Shown here in pieces: positions 61,306 to 64,000 of a stretch of DNA of 64,000 nucleotides. Source of the stretch: Candidatus Altimarinota bacterium (GTDB lineage Bacteria > Patescibacteriota > Gracilibacteria > 1-14-2-50-48-13); NCBI GenBank assembly GCA_046314355.1, contig JBKBWQ010000001.1, positions 544,001-608,000 of the forward strand, given 5' to 3'. The notes under the pieces were generated by a model, which saw nothing but the letters and a program-made list of their open reading frames with translations, did not search any database and was not told the origin of the DNA. The translations under genes and the position numbers were made by a program. Within the stretch, counting starts at the first letter, position 1, and each line of letters starts with the position of its first letter.

Positions 61306-61387
61306 TTTTCATAGTATCTTAATCGATTTAAATAAATTAATCAAATAAGAATCATTTACACATACTGAAATTTATTTTAAAAGAACA

Positions 61388-62401
61388 TCAGCCTGCATTT
61401 TCCCAAATACTGCGCATGCGAATACTACGCTTAAAATCTCTTTCAAAAAGCTGTTCCTTCACGGTATTTACAATTTGCATGTCGTTTGTACCTAGATTGA
61501 ATTCTTTGTTTCGTTTCATGCTTCTATATGTTGCATTTGCAGAACCAAGAGAAACATATTCATTATCAATCAGATATACCTTTAAGTGATTGAGTGTTTT
61601 TCCATAAATAAATATATCTATATCAAAATATCTCATCCACTTCACAGTAACAGCATGCTGAAGCCTAGTAATAAGATGATTACTAACCTTTGGGACTATG
61701 ACTTTCACATCTATCCCTCGTTTTTTAGCATCGATCAGTGCCCTTATCAGCCTTATATCAGTAATATACGGTACTTCGATAAAAATGTTTTTCTTTGCGG
61801 ACCTAATCCGCTTATTGAGATCTTCTTCAATGTCGTTTTGCTTAAAATCAGTCACGAGCATGTCATAATGATTATTCCCCCATTCGAGTTTATATGAAGA
61901 AACCTCGCCATCCACCCACTCGGCGAGAAAAATACGTTCAAATCCAGCAGCAATGAGAGGTTCTCGTATATGAATAAAAATATCATGCCATTCAAATTGG
62001 TAATGGTCCCCGATATTCATTCCTCCAGTAAATGCTTCCTTTGAGTCTATTACAATAATCTTTCTATGATCAAGCTGGAAGTGGAAAGGATTTGGTTCTC
62101 CCGCATGTACGATCTGCACTCCTTGAGTTTTCAAAAAACGCAGCAGCGCCATTCGTCCAGTGATTGCTCTCCAGTTGAATAAGGAAAAGTAATATGTACC
62201 AATTTGATCATACATTACCTTCACATCTAAACCTTCTCTTGCCTTTTTTGCGAGAATCAAAGCCATATCCCATCCAGTCTTGTCATCAGCAAAGATAAAC
62301 ATTTCAATATAAATAGAATGCTCTGCCTGCTCCAGCCGTTCAAAAAGGGTCCTGAATGCAGAAATGCCGTCCACCAAAAGCGTAAAATGTACAGGAAGCA
62401 T
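61388..62401 (-). CDS. phospholipase D / cardiolipin synthase-like (no N-terminal TM)
   Basis: Two HKD motifs, HRKIIVID and HLKVYLID; GGMNIG, GSAN. Confidence 0.92.
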   Translation of the reverse strand: MLPVHFTLLVDGISAFRTLFERLEQAEHSIYIEMFIFADDKTGWDMALILAKKAREGLDVKVMYDQIGTYYFSLFNWRAITGRMALLRFLKTQGVQIVHAGEPNPFHFQLDHRKIIVIDSKEAFTGGMNIGDHYQFEWHDIFIHIREPLIAAGFERIFLAEWVDGEVSSYKLEWGNNHYDMLVTDFKQNDIEEDLNKRIRSAKKNIFIEVPYITDIRLIRALIDAKKRGIDVKVIVPKVSNHLITRLQHAVTVKWMRYFDIDIFIYGKTLNHLKVYLIDNEYVSLGSANATYRSMKRNKEFNLGTNDMQIVNTVKEQLFERDFKRSIRMRSIWENAG

Positions 62402-62481
62402 GCATGAATTTAGGAATAGTATGGTGAGTATAGCGAAGATGAATGATATTGGAAAGAAGGAATAAAGGAGGACGTGGACTC

Positions 62482-62610
62482 GGTAATTGGGCGCACATCA
62501 TTGAGTAATTGAGCTCAATGATGTGCGCCCAATGATAGGAGCCAAATTATAAGAGCCCGCCAATGAGCTCCAAATTATTGAGCCCAAATTACTAATTACT
62601 CAATTACTTT
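62482..62610. repeat. ATTGAGCTCAAT-type palindromic array, copy 8
   Basis: AATTGGGCGCACATCATTGAGTAATTGAGCTCAATGATGTGCGCCCAAT...ATTGAGCCCAAATT. Confidence 0.9.
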
Positions 62611-62673
62611 CCTTCCTCCCCTTGACTTCCCATTTTAAATTTATATTGTAAATTCATATAACAACTATTTACA

Positions 62674-63291
62674 ATGAATAAATTGAATCGGTATGTTTAT
62701 GTAGGAGTAATTCTATGCACTTTTACAAGCTGTAGTCTTCCTTGGCAGGCTCCTGCGGCTCCCACTCCAACTGGGCCCGATAATATTGAACGTGCATTCC
62801 CAGATGATCTCGCTTGGGTAGAAAATTATGGCAGACCTGAATATATTGCCGCTACTCCTACTATCAAGACACCCACAGGACCTTCCAATACCCCAGATCC
62901 AAATTTTCCTAGGCAATGGAAAATATACAGACATTCTACTCTTCCAATAAGTTTTGCCTATCCGGCGGACGCAGTTGTTACAAAACGAGAAATAGATCTT
63001 GATAATGGAGATAACGCCATTGATGTAGAAATAAGGGAGCCAAGATACAATTTAATCACCCTTACATTTCAAAGAGATATCCCGCAACTTAGTCACATAG
63101 CCACTTCACAGAAATCTCCGATGACTTTTGGAGGACTTACAGGTATGTACTATAATGCAAGAAATTTTGGAAATGGTAATCCATCTTTAGAAAAATTTAT
63201 TGCAAATTTACCTAATAGCAGGTATGGAATTCATGTAGCAGGACAAGGACCTTTATTTCAAACACTCCTAAGCAGCATTCAGTTGTATTAA
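62674..63291 (+). CDS. lipoprotein with Pro/Thr linker
   Basis: FTSC lipobox; WKIY...ISFAYP motif. Confidence 0.8.
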   Translation: MNKLNRYVYVGVILCTFTSCSLPWQAPAAPTPTGPDNIERAFPDDLAWVENYGRPEYIAATPTIKTPTGPSNTPDPNFPRQWKIYRHSTLPISFAYPADAVVTKREIDLDNGDNAIDVEIREPRYNLITLTFQRDIPQLSHIATSQKSPMTFGGLTGMYYNARNFGNGNPSLEKFIANLPNSRYGIHVAGQGPLFQTLLSSIQLY

Positions 63292-63322
63292 AAAGTATTT
63301 TATTCACTCTTCTCACTTACTC

Positions 63323-63661
63323 ATGGTATATCAGCTAAAAGTCATATTTAATTCAAAGAATATTGAGGAATATCAGGAATTTACTAACTTCACAAAAGTG
63401 ATTAGTGACCTTAATGAAGAGGAAGGTGTAAATACCTATAACGTAGAAAGCTTGGACATAGCAGATATGGACCAGGAAGATATTGAGCATCTTGAGGATG
63501 AGTATGATCCAATTAATGGACCAAAGACTATTATTGAAAAAGATGACGACTTCTGGATACATGAATTTATCCCAAGTAGTGAAGATGATCTTATGAATAT
63601 GATTGAAGAGAATACAACAGAAAGTGATGAATTTGAAGACGATGAAGATGATTACAGATAG
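63323..63661 (+). CDS. very acidic small protein
   Basis: About one third Asp/Glu; followed by terminator 63666-63702. Confidence 0.75.
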   Translation: MVYQLKVIFNSKNIEEYQEFTNFTKVISDLNEEEGVNTYNVESLDIADMDQEDIEHLEDEYDPINGPKTIIEKDDDFWIHEFIPSSEDDLMNMIEENTTESDEFEDDEDDYR

Positions 63662-63716
63662 AGTATAAAAAAAACTCTTTGCCAGTGGCAGAGAGTTTTT
63701 TTTATTGTAGAACTTT

Positions 63717-64000
63717 TTAAGTACTTATTACGCGGGTTACCTGCTTCAAGATCTTTGTAAGCATTGCTTCATCCCCAGCAAGATCAAGCAATAGATTCGC
63801 AAGTCCCATAGGAGTGATATCCTGCTGATTCTTCAATTTACCTGTATCATCTATAACATTTATTACCTCATCCGGGCAAATAAATGCAATCTGCGGAGTA
63901 CGTGCAAAACGCAGTTTCTGGTGCCACACACCTGAAGAGAGAGCTCCTGAGAGCTCCGGAAGAAGGGATCCTCCTCCACAGAGAAGAATACGTGAAGGAA
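63717..64000 (-). CDS. ftsA: FtsA-like protein, C-terminal part (runs off window end)
   Basis: Frame open to the edge: PSRILLCGGGSLLP..W..DITPMGLA, actin-fold GGGS. Confidence 0.7.
   Translation of the reverse strand, partial: PSRILLCGGGSLLPELSGALSSGVWHQKLRFARTPQIAFICPDEVINVIDDTGKLKNQQDITPMGLANLLLDLAGDEAMLTKILKQVTRVIST

Overview
AT-rich bacterial chromosome segment using genetic code 11 (TGA ends several genes; Trp is TGG). Gene content and style suggest a Patescibacteria/CPR genome, by inference: DUF4012, PrgI plus a short VirB4-like gene in housekeeping context, wHTH-nucleotidyltransferase fusion, Cys-repeat lipoprotein, and core genes without Shine-Dalgarno (SD) sites. Core genes: groES-groEL with CIRCE, aspS, ftsQ, LCP, comEC, lemA, cyclophilin, miaB, gatCA, rlmH, pgk, prfA, rplS, rpmF-nusB-rnc, rplJL, rplU, secE-nusG-rplK-rplA, thyA-folA, cls, partial ftsA, and three tRNAs. 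No CRISPR, rRNA, integrase or transposase was seen. The most unusual signals are non-coding: (1) eight dispersed intergenic arrays of 13-14 bp palindromic units (core ATTGAGCTCAAT), plus other simple-repeat arrays, many bordered by an RRCTC motif that often directly follows a stop codon; (2) two ~0.5 kb hairpin-rich ORF-poor minus-strand units (33.2-33.8 kb and 60.8-61.3 kb) sharing a 17-bp promoter motif, an A/C-rich leader, a boxA-like site and an identical terminator loop; (3) solitary ORFan cassettes with strong SD sites, several with boxA-like leaders; (4) a 6S-like RNA and duplicated L1-binding leaders. All product calls are by motif recognition only; no database searches were run.
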